A DNA stretch of 64,000 bases from an uncultured Micavibrio sp. (GTDB lineage Bacteria > Pseudomonadota > Alphaproteobacteria > Micavibrionales > Micavibrionaceae), in contig CAYGNP010000001.1 of the NCBI GenBank assembly GCA_964351365.1, forward strand, positions 92,572 through 156,571. The letters run 5' to 3'. Below are positions 24,591-33,881 of this stretch, in pieces (position 1 is the first letter of the stretch; each line of letters begins with the position of its first letter). The position numbers and the translations under genes are program-made. The notes beneath the pieces were generated by a model. It did no database searches and had not been told where the DNA came from. It saw only the letters and a list, made by a program, of their open reading frames with translations.

Positions 24591-25712
24591 TTAATAAACA
24601 CCAATTTTGAGGTAAATTCCGCTTAAGGTCTGGAGTTGCTCTGTTTTTGCACGCAGCACGGCCATACGAGCGCTCTGCAGGCTGCCTTCAAGATCGAGAA
24701 GACGGGTAAAGGTTGCCTCGTTTTCCTTGATATATTCTCGCAAGTTACCGAAGTCCTTCTCTTGTTTTTCAAGCGATTTTTTTAAAATATCGGCCTGCTC
24801 TTTCAGATGGGTATAGCGAACCATTTCCTGCTCCAGATCAAGCACATAGGACATGATATCGGCCTTAAACTCGTCAGGCATATTATCAAAAAGAATTAGA
24901 GATTGGACGCTTTGGCCTGGAATAATATGCCAGGACAGATCAGGATTAGCGAATATTGCATCATCGATCCCAAAAAAGGTATTTAAATTCATATCCGGGA
25001 ATATTTTTTGGGTAATTTCGAATTGCGCGCGGGCGACTTTGACCTCTTTGGCTTCATTTAATATGTTCGATTTAGTCGATAATAGCGGATTTATATCCCC
25101 ACGAGTAAGTGTCACAGGGGTTTTTAGAATGTCTGCTATAAATTCAGGCAGAAGACGTGTCGATTCAGTGAGTTGCTCGCTCTGGTTTTTCTGTTTAATG
25201 CCCAGTTGCTCGATTTGCTTTTCAATTGCGGCGTTTTGTGCAAAGAAATCAGAAAGCCTTGGATCTTTATCCCGATTTTCTTTCGGTAAATCCACATGTG
25301 CCAGAACAGCCATGCGTGATTTAAGGCTTTGTTCTAAAATAGTTTTTTGGTTTTGCGCGTATCTGAACTTTATGTATGCGTCAATGACATTTGCGATCAG
25401 ATCAAGGTTTTGGTCATGATAATATTTGCTCAGGGCTGCTTTTTGGGGCTTGCTGCCTTCGTCTTGATATGGTTCGTGTTTGCTTCTCGCATTCAGGCTT
25501 AGCGCGGCAGAGATAAGTTTATCCAAAACCGGATCGCTGAAAAAGCTCCACCACGCGCCAAGTGCGTGATCGTTTTTTTCAAATTTCATTGGCTTAAAGA
25601 CCACACGTACAGGATCAGGAGGTGCAGATATATCCTGTTTTTCCTCGGTAAATGTTACGCATGCCATCAAAGACACTATGCAGGTTACGCAGAACAAGAG
25701 ACGCAAAAACAT
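24591..25712 (-). CDS. Short OMF/NodT-like outer-membrane lipoprotein (atypical, about 100 aa shorter than canonical)
   Basis: 373 aa. The lipobox is SLMAC. WWSFFSDPVLDKLISAALSLN matches the NodT N-terminal signature. The C-terminal half is helical and Q/K/E-rich. The segment normally following the signature appears missing when compared by eye with the neighbouring 466-aa NodT. Confidence 0.6.
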   Translation of the reverse strand: MFLRLLFCVTCIVSLMACVTFTEEKQDISAPPDPVRVVFKPMKFEKNDHALGAWWSFFSDPVLDKLISAALSLNARSKHEPYQDEGSKPQKAALSKYYHDQNLDLIANVIDAYIKFRYAQNQKTILEQSLKSRMAVLAHVDLPKENRDKDPRLSDFFAQNAAIEKQIEQLGIKQKNQSEQLTESTRLLPEFIADILKTPVTLTRGDINPLLSTKSNILNEAKEVKVARAQFEITQKIFPDMNLNTFFGIDDAIFANPDLSWHIIPGQSVQSLILFDNMPDEFKADIMSYVLDLEQEMVRYTHLKEQADILKKSLEKQEKDFGNLREYIKENEATFTRLLDLEGSLQSARMAVLRAKTEQLQTLSGIYLKIGVY

Positions 25713-25918
25713 CGCTTTTTTCCTGTTTGATATGATCTTTCAGCATAAAGGGACAGTGCGTAAGTGCAAGGGTAGAAGGTTAATAAGGCTTTTATATCTG
25801 TGAACATTTTTCATGACATAATTAAATGACATAAATTTAATGTTTTGTGTATATTCTTTGAAAGGTTTTCTTCGCTACACTACGTATAATGTACGCCAGT
25901 TAAAATCTTAGGATACAC

Positions 25919-27319
25919 ATGATTAATCGCCTGACGCATATTATCTTTGTTGCTGTTTTTACGCCTGTTTTAGCGGGGTGTTTTTCAGTGACAGAGCGCA
26001 GTCCTTATGCAGGGCTTGATCTTTCGGCTTATAAAGATAAGCAGGCTGATCAATATTCCATCTTCTGGAATGAAGGCTGGTGGTCTGTTTATCAAGACGA
26101 GCAGCTTAACAGCCTCATGGCTTACGCTTTTGAAGAGAACCCTGATTTAAATCAGATCCGGGCGCGACTAAAACAGGCGCAGGCCGAAACACGCGCAAGC
26201 CGGTCGGTGCTTTTTCCGGCACTGGATGTCACAGGCGGGCGATCTGAGTTTGATGGGAATAATAACCTCGATTCAGAGTTTGATTTGCGCGGCGGAGCCA
26301 GCTTTGAGATTGATTTATGGGGTGAAAACCGCGCGCGCGTTAAATCAAGAACGTTACTGGAGCGTGCAGCTCGCTATGATCTTTATGCCGGCGCAATTAC
26401 GCTGAGTGCAAATATAGCGAATAACTGGCTGCAAATCCTGTCTTTGCGTGAACAGGAGGCGATTATCCGCAAGCAAATTGAGGTGAACAAAACCGTATTA
26501 GACCTTCAGGAACAACGCTTTGAGCGAGGCGGAGCGCGCGCACTCGATGTGCTTCAGCAGGAGGAAAATCTTGCGCGATCAGAAGCTCTGTTGCCTGATA
26601 TTCTTGCCAATCAGCGCGTGGCAGAGAATAATATTTCTATTCTTATTGGCCGCACGCCTAGTGAGACCGTCTTGATTGATGAAAAACTTTTGCCTGAGCC
26701 TTTGGATTTACCCCCCAGCGGCTTGCCTTCTCTCTTACTCGAAGACCGCCCTGATATTGAGGCCGCATGGTCGCGGCTGATCTCTGCAGACTGGGCGCAG
26801 CATGCTGCCTTTGCAGACAGGTTGCCGCGCTTTGATTTAAGCGCGAATTATACAAGCACGTCGGCGAGTCTTGGGAATTTGTTCGACACATGGCTTTTGG
26901 AACTTGCGGCCAGCGTGAGTGCGCCCATTATTGATGGGGGCCGCAGGCGCGCTGAAGAGTTGCGTCAGGAGGCGATTGCTGATGAGAATTATTTCGCTTA
27001 TCAGGGCACTGTTTTGGCTGCGGTTCAGGACGTTGAAAACGCATTGGTCCAGAATCTCTATCAGGATAAAAAAATTTCGGCTCTTGGTAAGCAACTTGAG
27101 GCATCGCGAAAAACTTTGGAGCAGGCGCAGTTTAGTTATATTAACGGTGAAAGCGGTTACATTAATGTTCTCAATAGTTTGACAAACAGCCAAGGTCTTG
27201 AGTTGCAAATTGCAACCGAGAAACTTGTGCAAGCACAAAATCGCGTAAGTTTATATCGCGCGCTTGGCGGGCGCAGTTGGGCGGAGGTTCTCGTGAAACA
27301 GGATGTCAGTGATGAGTAA
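25919..27319 (+). CDS. RND efflux outer-membrane lipoprotein, NodT family
   Basis: 466 aa. The lipobox is VLAGC. WWSVYQDEQLNSLMAYAFEENPDL is present, along with two TolC-like repeats and YRALGG near the C-terminus. Confidence 0.9.
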   Translation: MINRLTHIIFVAVFTPVLAGCFSVTERSPYAGLDLSAYKDKQADQYSIFWNEGWWSVYQDEQLNSLMAYAFEENPDLNQIRARLKQAQAETRASRSVLFPALDVTGGRSEFDGNNNLDSEFDLRGGASFEIDLWGENRARVKSRTLLERAARYDLYAGAITLSANIANNWLQILSLREQEAIIRKQIEVNKTVLDLQEQRFERGGARALDVLQQEENLARSEALLPDILANQRVAENNISILIGRTPSETVLIDEKLLPEPLDLPPSGLPSLLLEDRPDIEAAWSRLISADWAQHAAFADRLPRFDLSANYTSTSASLGNLFDTWLLELAASVSAPIIDGGRRRAEELRQEAIADENYFAYQGTVLAAVQDVENALVQNLYQDKKISALGKQLEASRKTLEQAQFSYINGESGYINVLNSLTNSQGLELQIATEKLVQAQNRVSLYRALGGRSWAEVLVKQDVSDE

Positions 27320-28496
27320 ATTCTCTATTCTATCCCGCGGAATAATTGTTGCTCTAATCCTTTGCGGGGCGGGGGCCATATCTTATCGTTTTATCAGTAA
27401 TCCTGCCAAAACGGAGAAGACGGATGATAAGCCCTCTGCGCTGGTGAGTGTTAAAACTCTGCCTGTTGTGCTCGGCAATTTTCCGCTTGAGATCGAGGTT
27501 TTGGGGCTGGTGCGCGCGGCCAAAGAGAGTGTTTTAAAAGCGCAGGTTTCGGGTGAGGTTATCTGGACGGGGGATGAATTTATTCCAGGCGGTTTTTTTG
27601 AAAAAGATGCGCCGATTTTAAAAATTGATCCGGCGGATTACGCATTAGATGTGCAGATGCGCAAGGCTGCGCTGGCGCAAATGCAGGCAGCGCTTAAGAT
27701 TGAAAAGGGACAGCAGGATACTGCAAAAGAAGAGCTTGCGATGCTGAAGCGCAGCACGGGCAAAAAATTCGAGAGCACTGATCTGGCGCTTCGTAAGCCC
27801 CAGCTTGAGCAGGCGCAGGCGGATATTGATTCTGCGCAGGCGGGGCTTGATATGGCAGAGCTGAATTTAGAGCGCACGACTTTGTCTGCGCCGTTTAATG
27901 CGATTTTGACTGCACGCAATACAGATGTCGGTAATATTGTCTCTTCGCAGGATAATCTTGGAACGCTGGTCAGTACGGATGAATACTGGATTGATGTTGA
28001 TGTGCCGCTGGCCGATATCCGCTGGCTCGAGGTTCCGGGAAGCACAGCGGTGATTACCCTTGACGGGGGGCGCGGCGTGCGTAAGGGCCGCCTGATTAAA
28101 ATGACGGGCACATTGAATGAACAAAGCCGCCTTGCAGGGATGATCGTCTCGGTTGCTGATCCGTTGCTGCGGGAGGATCATGATGAGGGTTTATACCCGC
28201 TGATTTTGGGGGATTATGCGCGCATTACACTGGTTGGCAAGACCTTGAAGGATGCGGCGCGCATTGGCCAATCCTTCGTGCGCGGCGCTGATAAAGTCTG
28301 GTTGGAGCGGGATGGTAAACTGGTGATACAAACCGTAGAGATTGTTCATAAAGACCGTGAGTACGCCTATATTACGCAGGGGTTGAAAGATGGTGATCGT
28401 CTGATTACATCGAATATTATAACGCCTGTCGATGGTATGAATATAAGTGTGATTGCTCCAAACGCCGCTAAAGAGAGCACCGATGGGACATTATGA
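27303..28496 (+). CDS. RND efflux periplasmic adaptor (MFP/HlyD family)
   Basis: 397 aa with an N-terminal anchor, a coiled-coil hairpin (QLEQAQADIDSAQAGLDMAELNLERTTLSAPF) and a beta-barrel tail. It overlaps both neighbours. Confidence 0.9.
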   Translation: MSVMSKFSILSRGIIVALILCGAGAISYRFISNPAKTEKTDDKPSALVSVKTLPVVLGNFPLEIEVLGLVRAAKESVLKAQVSGEVIWTGDEFIPGGFFEKDAPILKIDPADYALDVQMRKAALAQMQAALKIEKGQQDTAKEELAMLKRSTGKKFESTDLALRKPQLEQAQADIDSAQAGLDMAELNLERTTLSAPFNAILTARNTDVGNIVSSQDNLGTLVSTDEYWIDVDVPLADIRWLEVPGSTAVITLDGGRGVRKGRLIKMTGTLNEQSRLAGMIVSVADPLLREDHDEGLYPLILGDYARITLVGKTLKDAARIGQSFVRGADKVWLERDGKLVIQTVEIVHKDREYAYITQGLKDGDRLITSNIITPVDGMNISVIAPNAAKESTDGTL

Positions 28497-31400
28497 CCCC
28501 GAAGAATTGAAGAGCATTAAAGCCGGGCCAATTGCATGGATGTGCGCGCATCCGGTTGCCGCAAACCTGTTGATGCTGGTTATGCTGATCGGGGGTGTTC
28601 TGATCCTGAGCCAGAGCAAGCAGGAGGTTTTCCCTGAGTTCAGCCTTGATATTGTTACCACGACAATGAGCTATCCCGGTGCTAGTCCCGAGGAGGTGGA
28701 GCAAGGGATTTTGCTGGCGATAGAAGATGCGCTCAAGGATATTGACGGAATAAGCGATATGAAGTCTGCCGCCTATGAGGGCTATGGTCATGTAATCGTA
28801 GAGATTGATGATCCGGCAGAATCGCTGCGTATTGCACAGGATGTGAAAACAGCGGTTGATCGTATTACAACCTTTCCGGTGGATGCAGAAAACCTGACCG
28901 TGACCTTGAGTAAGCGCGAGCGCAACGTCATGCGCCTTGTTCTGTACGGGAGTGTAGATGATAATGTGCTGCGTGATACAGCGGAGATGGTGCGCAGACG
29001 TCTGGAGCAGGATGAGGATATAAGCCTTGTTAGCCTCACTAATGTGCGTGATTATGAGATTCATATTGAGGTTAGTCAGGATAATTTGCGCCGTTACGCG
29101 ATTAGTATTCCTGAAATTGCCGATATTATTAGAAGCACATCCGTGGAGCTTGGCGGAGGATCACTTAAGACATCTGCTGGAGAAATTCTCGTGCGCCTGA
29201 CCGAGCGCCGGGATTATGCACCGGAATTTGAAACTATCCCGATTATCCGCAATCCCAATGGCAGTGTTGTGCGCCTTGGTGATATTGGCGTGATAAAGGA
29301 TACTTTTTCGGACAAAAACATCTATGCGACTTATGACGATAAGCCCGCCATTCAGATGGAAATTGACTCAACGGCCTATGAAACACCTGTGAGCATCTCA
29401 AACGCCGCCATGCGTGTGATTGAGGATTTGAATGCGTCCCTGCCGGGTGATGTGAAGATTGCCGTCATCAGCGACCGTTCAATTATTTTCAAGCAGCGGG
29501 CTGATCTTTTGATTAAGAACGGGCTGTTCGGACTGTTTCTTGTTGTTATATTTCTTGCATTATTTCTGGATGTGCGTCTTGCCTTGTGGGTCAGTATGGG
29601 AATTCCAATCTCATATATGGGCGCATTTTTACTCTTTCCGTTTTTCCCTTATTTTTCGATTAATATGGTGTCAATGTTTGCCTTTATCATTGCGCTTGGG
29701 ATTGTCGTGGATGATGCGATTGTTGTGGGGGAGAATATCTATCATAAACGCGAGACAGGGATGAAACCCCTTGCGGCCAGCGTTCAGGGTGCACGGGAGA
29801 TGGCCATTCCAATAACTGTTAGCGTCTTGACGAATATTATCGCTTTTGTACCTATGTTTTTTATGCCGGGATATATGGGTAAGATTTTCAGCATTATACC
29901 GGTAATTGTAATTGCGACATTCACAATCTCGCTGATTGAGAGCCTTTTCATTCTGCCCGCGCATCTGACCTTCCGCCAATCCAAGGCGGTGAAGAACAAA
30001 TTGATGTTGAGCATCATTCATTTTCAAAAGGGTTTTAACAGGAAATTTGACCGCTTTGTTGAGTATTATTATGTTCCGTTTTTGCGCAACTCTGTTTCGA
30101 TGCGCTATATCTCGCTTTCTGCCTTTTTGTTTATTCTTGCTACTTTTGCGAGCTATGTTGCGGGCGGGCACCTGGGCATACAGACTTTTCCGCGCATTGA
30201 ATCTGACTATTCCTTTGCCCGTGCTGTTTTGAAAGTCGGCGCGCCGGAACAAGAGGTTCGCGAAGTTGAGGGGCGTATAATTCTTGCCGCGCAGCAGGTC
30301 ATTGATGCCAATGGCGGGGTGGAGAATTACAAGGGCATCTATTCCGAGGTTAACGAAAATGAAATTTCGGTTTCTACGTTTTTGAATGATCCGGATGTGC
30401 GCCCGATCAGCACAAAAGAGTTCACGGATAAATGGCGTGAACAAACAGGCGAAATCCTCGGGCTGGAGACCATAAGCTTTGCCTCTAACCGTGGAGGGCC
30501 GGGCGCTGATCCGGCGCTGACGGTGGAGCTCAGTCATAATGATACGGATGTCCTCGAGCAGGCGGCTGTGCGCCTCGCGCTCGCGCTCGCCGAGTTTCCC
30601 AATACGCAGGATATTGATGATGGGACAGCTCAGGGCAAACGGCAGCTGGACTTCACCGTTTCCGATCTTGGCTATACGCTTGGTTTCAGCCCGTCTGATG
30701 TTGGGCGGCAGGTGCGCGGGGCCTATTACGGCAGTGAAGCGTTGAAGCAGCAGCGCGGGCGCAACGAGGTGCGCGTTCTGGTTATGCTGCCCGAAGAGGA
30801 GCGAAAATCTTCATATCATTTTCAAAATCTGATGATCAAGGCGCCGAACGGGGCGGATGTTATGCTGCGGGATATTGTGAATGTTAAGGACGGGCGTGCC
30901 TTTACATCGATTAACCGTCGCGAGGGGCGGCGCGTGATTACGGTAACATCTGATGTTTCTCCGCCATCAGAAGCGAATTTGGTGATTAATGCGATAAAAG
31001 AGGGTGTTCTGGAGGAGTTACAGGTGCAGTATCCAGGTCTGACCTATTCTTTCGAAGGGGCGCAGGCCGACCAGCGAGAGAGTTTGCAGAGCCTGTTCAT
31101 TGGCATGATTGCAATTTTATTTGTGATGTATGCGATTCTAGCGGTGCTGTTTTCCAGCTATTCGCAACCCCTGATGATTATGATTGCCATCCCCTTCAGC
31201 ATCGTGGGCGCGGTGATTGGGCATTTTATCATGGGATTTCCGATGAGCATTATCAGCATGTTCGGAATTATTGCGCTGGCCGGGGTTGTAATCAATGACT
31301 CGCTGATTTTGATTGATTTGACCAATACGAAACGCCGTGAGAATAATCTTTCCAGCTTTGAGGCTGTTCTTGTGGCGGCGCGCCAGCGTTTCCGCCCTAT

Positions 31401-31617
31401 TCTGCTGACCACGCTCACCACGTTTGTTGGTCTGGCGCCGATGATGTTTGAAACATCACGTCAGGCGCGGTTCCTTATTCCAATGGCGATTTCTCTTGGT
31501 TATGGCATTATATTTGCCACGTTCCTGACCCTTATTCTTATTCCAGCGCTTTATATGATTAATGAAGATATCAAGCGGGTTTTGGGCTCTGTTTTGGGTA
31601 AAGCCAAACCTGTTTAA
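28483..31617 (+). CDS. RND efflux permease (AcrB/AcrD/AcrF family)
   Basis: ORF 28453..31617. The start chosen is ATG 28483 (MGHYDPEEL...). About 1040 aa with 12 TM and two large periplasmic loops. VVDDAIVVGENI and VINDSLILID motifs are present. Confidence 0.92.
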   Translation: MGHYDPEELKSIKAGPIAWMCAHPVAANLLMLVMLIGGVLILSQSKQEVFPEFSLDIVTTTMSYPGASPEEVEQGILLAIEDALKDIDGISDMKSAAYEGYGHVIVEIDDPAESLRIAQDVKTAVDRITTFPVDAENLTVTLSKRERNVMRLVLYGSVDDNVLRDTAEMVRRRLEQDEDISLVSLTNVRDYEIHIEVSQDNLRRYAISIPEIADIIRSTSVELGGGSLKTSAGEILVRLTERRDYAPEFETIPIIRNPNGSVVRLGDIGVIKDTFSDKNIYATYDDKPAIQMEIDSTAYETPVSISNAAMRVIEDLNASLPGDVKIAVISDRSIIFKQRADLLIKNGLFGLFLVVIFLALFLDVRLALWVSMGIPISYMGAFLLFPFFPYFSINMVSMFAFIIALGIVVDDAIVVGENIYHKRETGMKPLAASVQGAREMAIPITVSVLTNIIAFVPMFFMPGYMGKIFSIIPVIVIATFTISLIESLFILPAHLTFRQSKAVKNKLMLSIIHFQKGFNRKFDRFVEYYYVPFLRNSVSMRYISLSAFLFILATFASYVAGGHLGIQTFPRIESDYSFARAVLKVGAPEQEVREVEGRIILAAQQVIDANGGVENYKGIYSEVNENEISVSTFLNDPDVRPISTKEFTDKWREQTGEILGLETISFASNRGGPGADPALTVELSHNDTDVLEQAAVRLALALAEFPNTQDIDDGTAQGKRQLDFTVSDLGYTLGFSPSDVGRQVRGAYYGSEALKQQRGRNEVRVLVMLPEEERKSSYHFQNLMIKAPNGADVMLRDIVNVKDGRAFTSINRREGRRVITVTSDVSPPSEANLVINAIKEGVLEELQVQYPGLTYSFEGAQADQRESLQSLFIGMIAILFVMYAILAVLFSSYSQPLMIMIAIPFSIVGAVIGHFIMGFPMSIISMFGIIALAGVVINDSLILIDLTNTKRRENNLSSFEAVLVAARQRFRPILLTTLTTFVGLAPMMFETSRQARFLIPMAISLGYGIIFATFLTLILIPALYMINEDIKRVLGSVLGKAKPV

Positions 31618-33881
31618 TAATCACGTTTCCAGAATATCCCTGCGCCGGCGCGGGCATCCTGGCCGACTTCGCTCTCAAGGGTAATACTGGGGGTGAGCTC
31701 GATTTCAATCGTTGCTGCGCCGCTATTTTCGGCTGATCCGCCTTCGAGCTGGAGGTAGACTTTATCGTTGATGCGCTTACCAAGGCCGACATTGGCGTTG
31801 CCTTCTTCATCGGTTTCGACATTGATGTCATCCAGCCCGGTGAGGGTGCGCAGCGAGCCAATGGGATCAAACGATGCCGCCCCGCCTGTGTCAACGCCGG
31901 AGAATCTTGCGAGGGATTGCGCCAATTTAACAGCTTGCAGGGGCGTAAGATTTTCGGTGCCCTGCCCGAAGAGAATTTGTGAAATAATCTGGTCTTCCGG
32001 CATTTCGGGGGTGCTGGAGAAATTAATTTTTGGCGTCAGAGCCGGGCCGGTAATCAGGATTTTTGCTATTACCTCGCCTGCTTTTGTTTCGGCGCTAATA
32101 TCCAGCTCTGGGCTAGGCGGGACGGAGCCGTAAAAACTGAGTTTGGCTTTGGTGATTTTAAAGATTTTGCCAAATTCCTCATAGCGCCCGCGCATGAGGT
32201 TTAAATCCCCCTCGACTTGCGGATCATTGGCGAACCCGCCGACATTGAGCTTGCCGCCAAATTCTGCATCCAGACCAAGGCCGCGCACAAAAATCTGGTT
32301 GGGGGCGTTTATGGTTAAATCGAGTGCGAGGGTTTTTGTAATATCCGTTTCGGCTGGCTGGCTTTTTTTCTCAATAATGTTGACTTGCGCAATTTTTTTA
32401 TCAAAACGCTCGGGCAATATGATGTCGATGCGCTGAGGGTTTATTGCACCTTGCAGACGGTAATGTTCAGGATTGCCGGAAAGGGTCAGATCGGCATTGA
32501 TCTGCCCGGCGGCGTTGGGGATTTGAGGCTCCAGTTCACGGATTTTTGCACTTATATCAATGCTGCGCGTTTGCGCGTTTAGCGTTCCGCTTGCTCTCAG
32601 TGTTCCGTCTTTTGAATCATGGAGCATAAGCGATTTCAAGGTTATGGTGTCTTTGATTATAGATGCGCTCAAGGTGATATCATTGATATCGATATTCATG
32701 GCCGGGTTCTGATAGCCCTGCCCTTTGGCGATCAGATCAATTTCCATCTGCGGTTTTAATGTGATGGTCGCGCTTAGGGGCTGGAGGTTATGCTGCGCGC
32801 CGATAAAGGCTTCGTAGGGTTTGAGGGATTTGACCTGCGCCTCAAGCGTTCCGGTGAGTTGCTCCGTGTCTTTTGCCCATGCCAAATTTCCAGATGCCGT
32901 GATGCCTGGAACGCTTGCTTTAATGTTAGAGAGCGTGATGGTATTTGATTTCAGATCAAGCGCGGCTTTGATATCTGCCGGTTGTTTCTGGTATTGACCT
33001 TGCAGGGAGATGAGGATTGGAAATGCATTTTGCGTTGTGGTTTTCGCATTAAATGTCAGGGGTGATAAATCTGCAATCGTCATGGGGGTTATGATTGCGC
33101 TAAGCGCGGCTGCGGGATCAGCTTCGCTGAGGTTTATTTCCCCTTGCGCGCTCATATCATAGAGCGCTGCATTTGCAGAGAATTCGCTGAGGCTGAGGGT
33201 TTTTTCTGATGCGCTGAATTGCGCTTTTATGTGCGCCTTATCCGGCCAGCCCTGCGGGCGCGGCGCGGCGTCGTCCTCATAGCTTAAATTGGCAGTGGCT
33301 TTATTCTCATGCACAATAACATCTGCAGTGATGCGCGGGGAAAGCGTTATATCTTTATCACCCTTTAAGACCAATCTTTTTATATCAATATCTGATATCA
33401 CGATATGATTGAACGGCATTTCAGGCAGAGCAAAATCATCGGGCAGCGTTGGGAACTTTATTGGCCCGGCTGTTTGCGGCTGCGCTTTTTGGGGCGGAGA
33501 TGGATAGAGAATGAGATTATTTATTGATAAATCGATGATCAGCAGTTTTTCTGAAAGCGGAAGAAAATCAGCGATGAGTTTTGGATGTTTTATCTCTGCC
33601 AGAAGCGCGTCATTTTCAAAAATTTTTAGCTCGTGCAGCGATATCCGGTTGGGTAAGCTAAAGGACAGGCCAGAAAACTCGAATCTGTAATCTTGAAAGG
33701 TTGAGACATGTTTCTGAATTTGGGCCTGTACGAATTGTTGTCCAGAGGATGAATTGAGCCAAAGCGTTGCGCAGAACAATATGATTTGAATCAGAATTAA
33801 AATTCCGAGGATAAACGCGGCAAAACCCAAAAGGATGCGCGGCAGTGCTTTCATAGGCTTTTTGCGGCGTTTGCTTTTCAT
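31614..33881 (-). CDS. tamB: Translocation and assembly module protein TamB (DUF490), short form
   Basis: 755 aa. It has an N-terminal anchor LLGFAAFILGILILIQIILF, a repetitive beta-rich body and a C-terminal DUF490-like end (LQLEGGSAENSGAATIEIELTPSITLESEVG). It lies immediately downstream of tamA. Confidence 0.8.
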   Translation of the reverse strand: MKSKRRKKPMKALPRILLGFAAFILGILILIQIILFCATLWLNSSSGQQFVQAQIQKHVSTFQDYRFEFSGLSFSLPNRISLHELKIFENDALLAEIKHPKLIADFLPLSEKLLIIDLSINNLILYPSPPQKAQPQTAGPIKFPTLPDDFALPEMPFNHIVISDIDIKRLVLKGDKDITLSPRITADVIVHENKATANLSYEDDAAPRPQGWPDKAHIKAQFSASEKTLSLSEFSANAALYDMSAQGEINLSEADPAAALSAIITPMTIADLSPLTFNAKTTTQNAFPILISLQGQYQKQPADIKAALDLKSNTITLSNIKASVPGITASGNLAWAKDTEQLTGTLEAQVKSLKPYEAFIGAQHNLQPLSATITLKPQMEIDLIAKGQGYQNPAMNIDINDITLSASIIKDTITLKSLMLHDSKDGTLRASGTLNAQTRSIDISAKIRELEPQIPNAAGQINADLTLSGNPEHYRLQGAINPQRIDIILPERFDKKIAQVNIIEKKSQPAETDITKTLALDLTINAPNQIFVRGLGLDAEFGGKLNVGGFANDPQVEGDLNLMRGRYEEFGKIFKITKAKLSFYGSVPPSPELDISAETKAGEVIAKILITGPALTPKINFSSTPEMPEDQIISQILFGQGTENLTPLQAVKLAQSLARFSGVDTGGAASFDPIGSLRTLTGLDDINVETDEEGNANVGLGKRINDKVYLQLEGGSAENSGAATIEIELTPSITLESEVGQDARAGAGIFWKRDY

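Noticed and set aside
29671-30537. 288-aa minus-strand ORF
   Set aside because: It is antisense to the RND permease gene. It is Arg/Asn/Lys-rich with no motifs.
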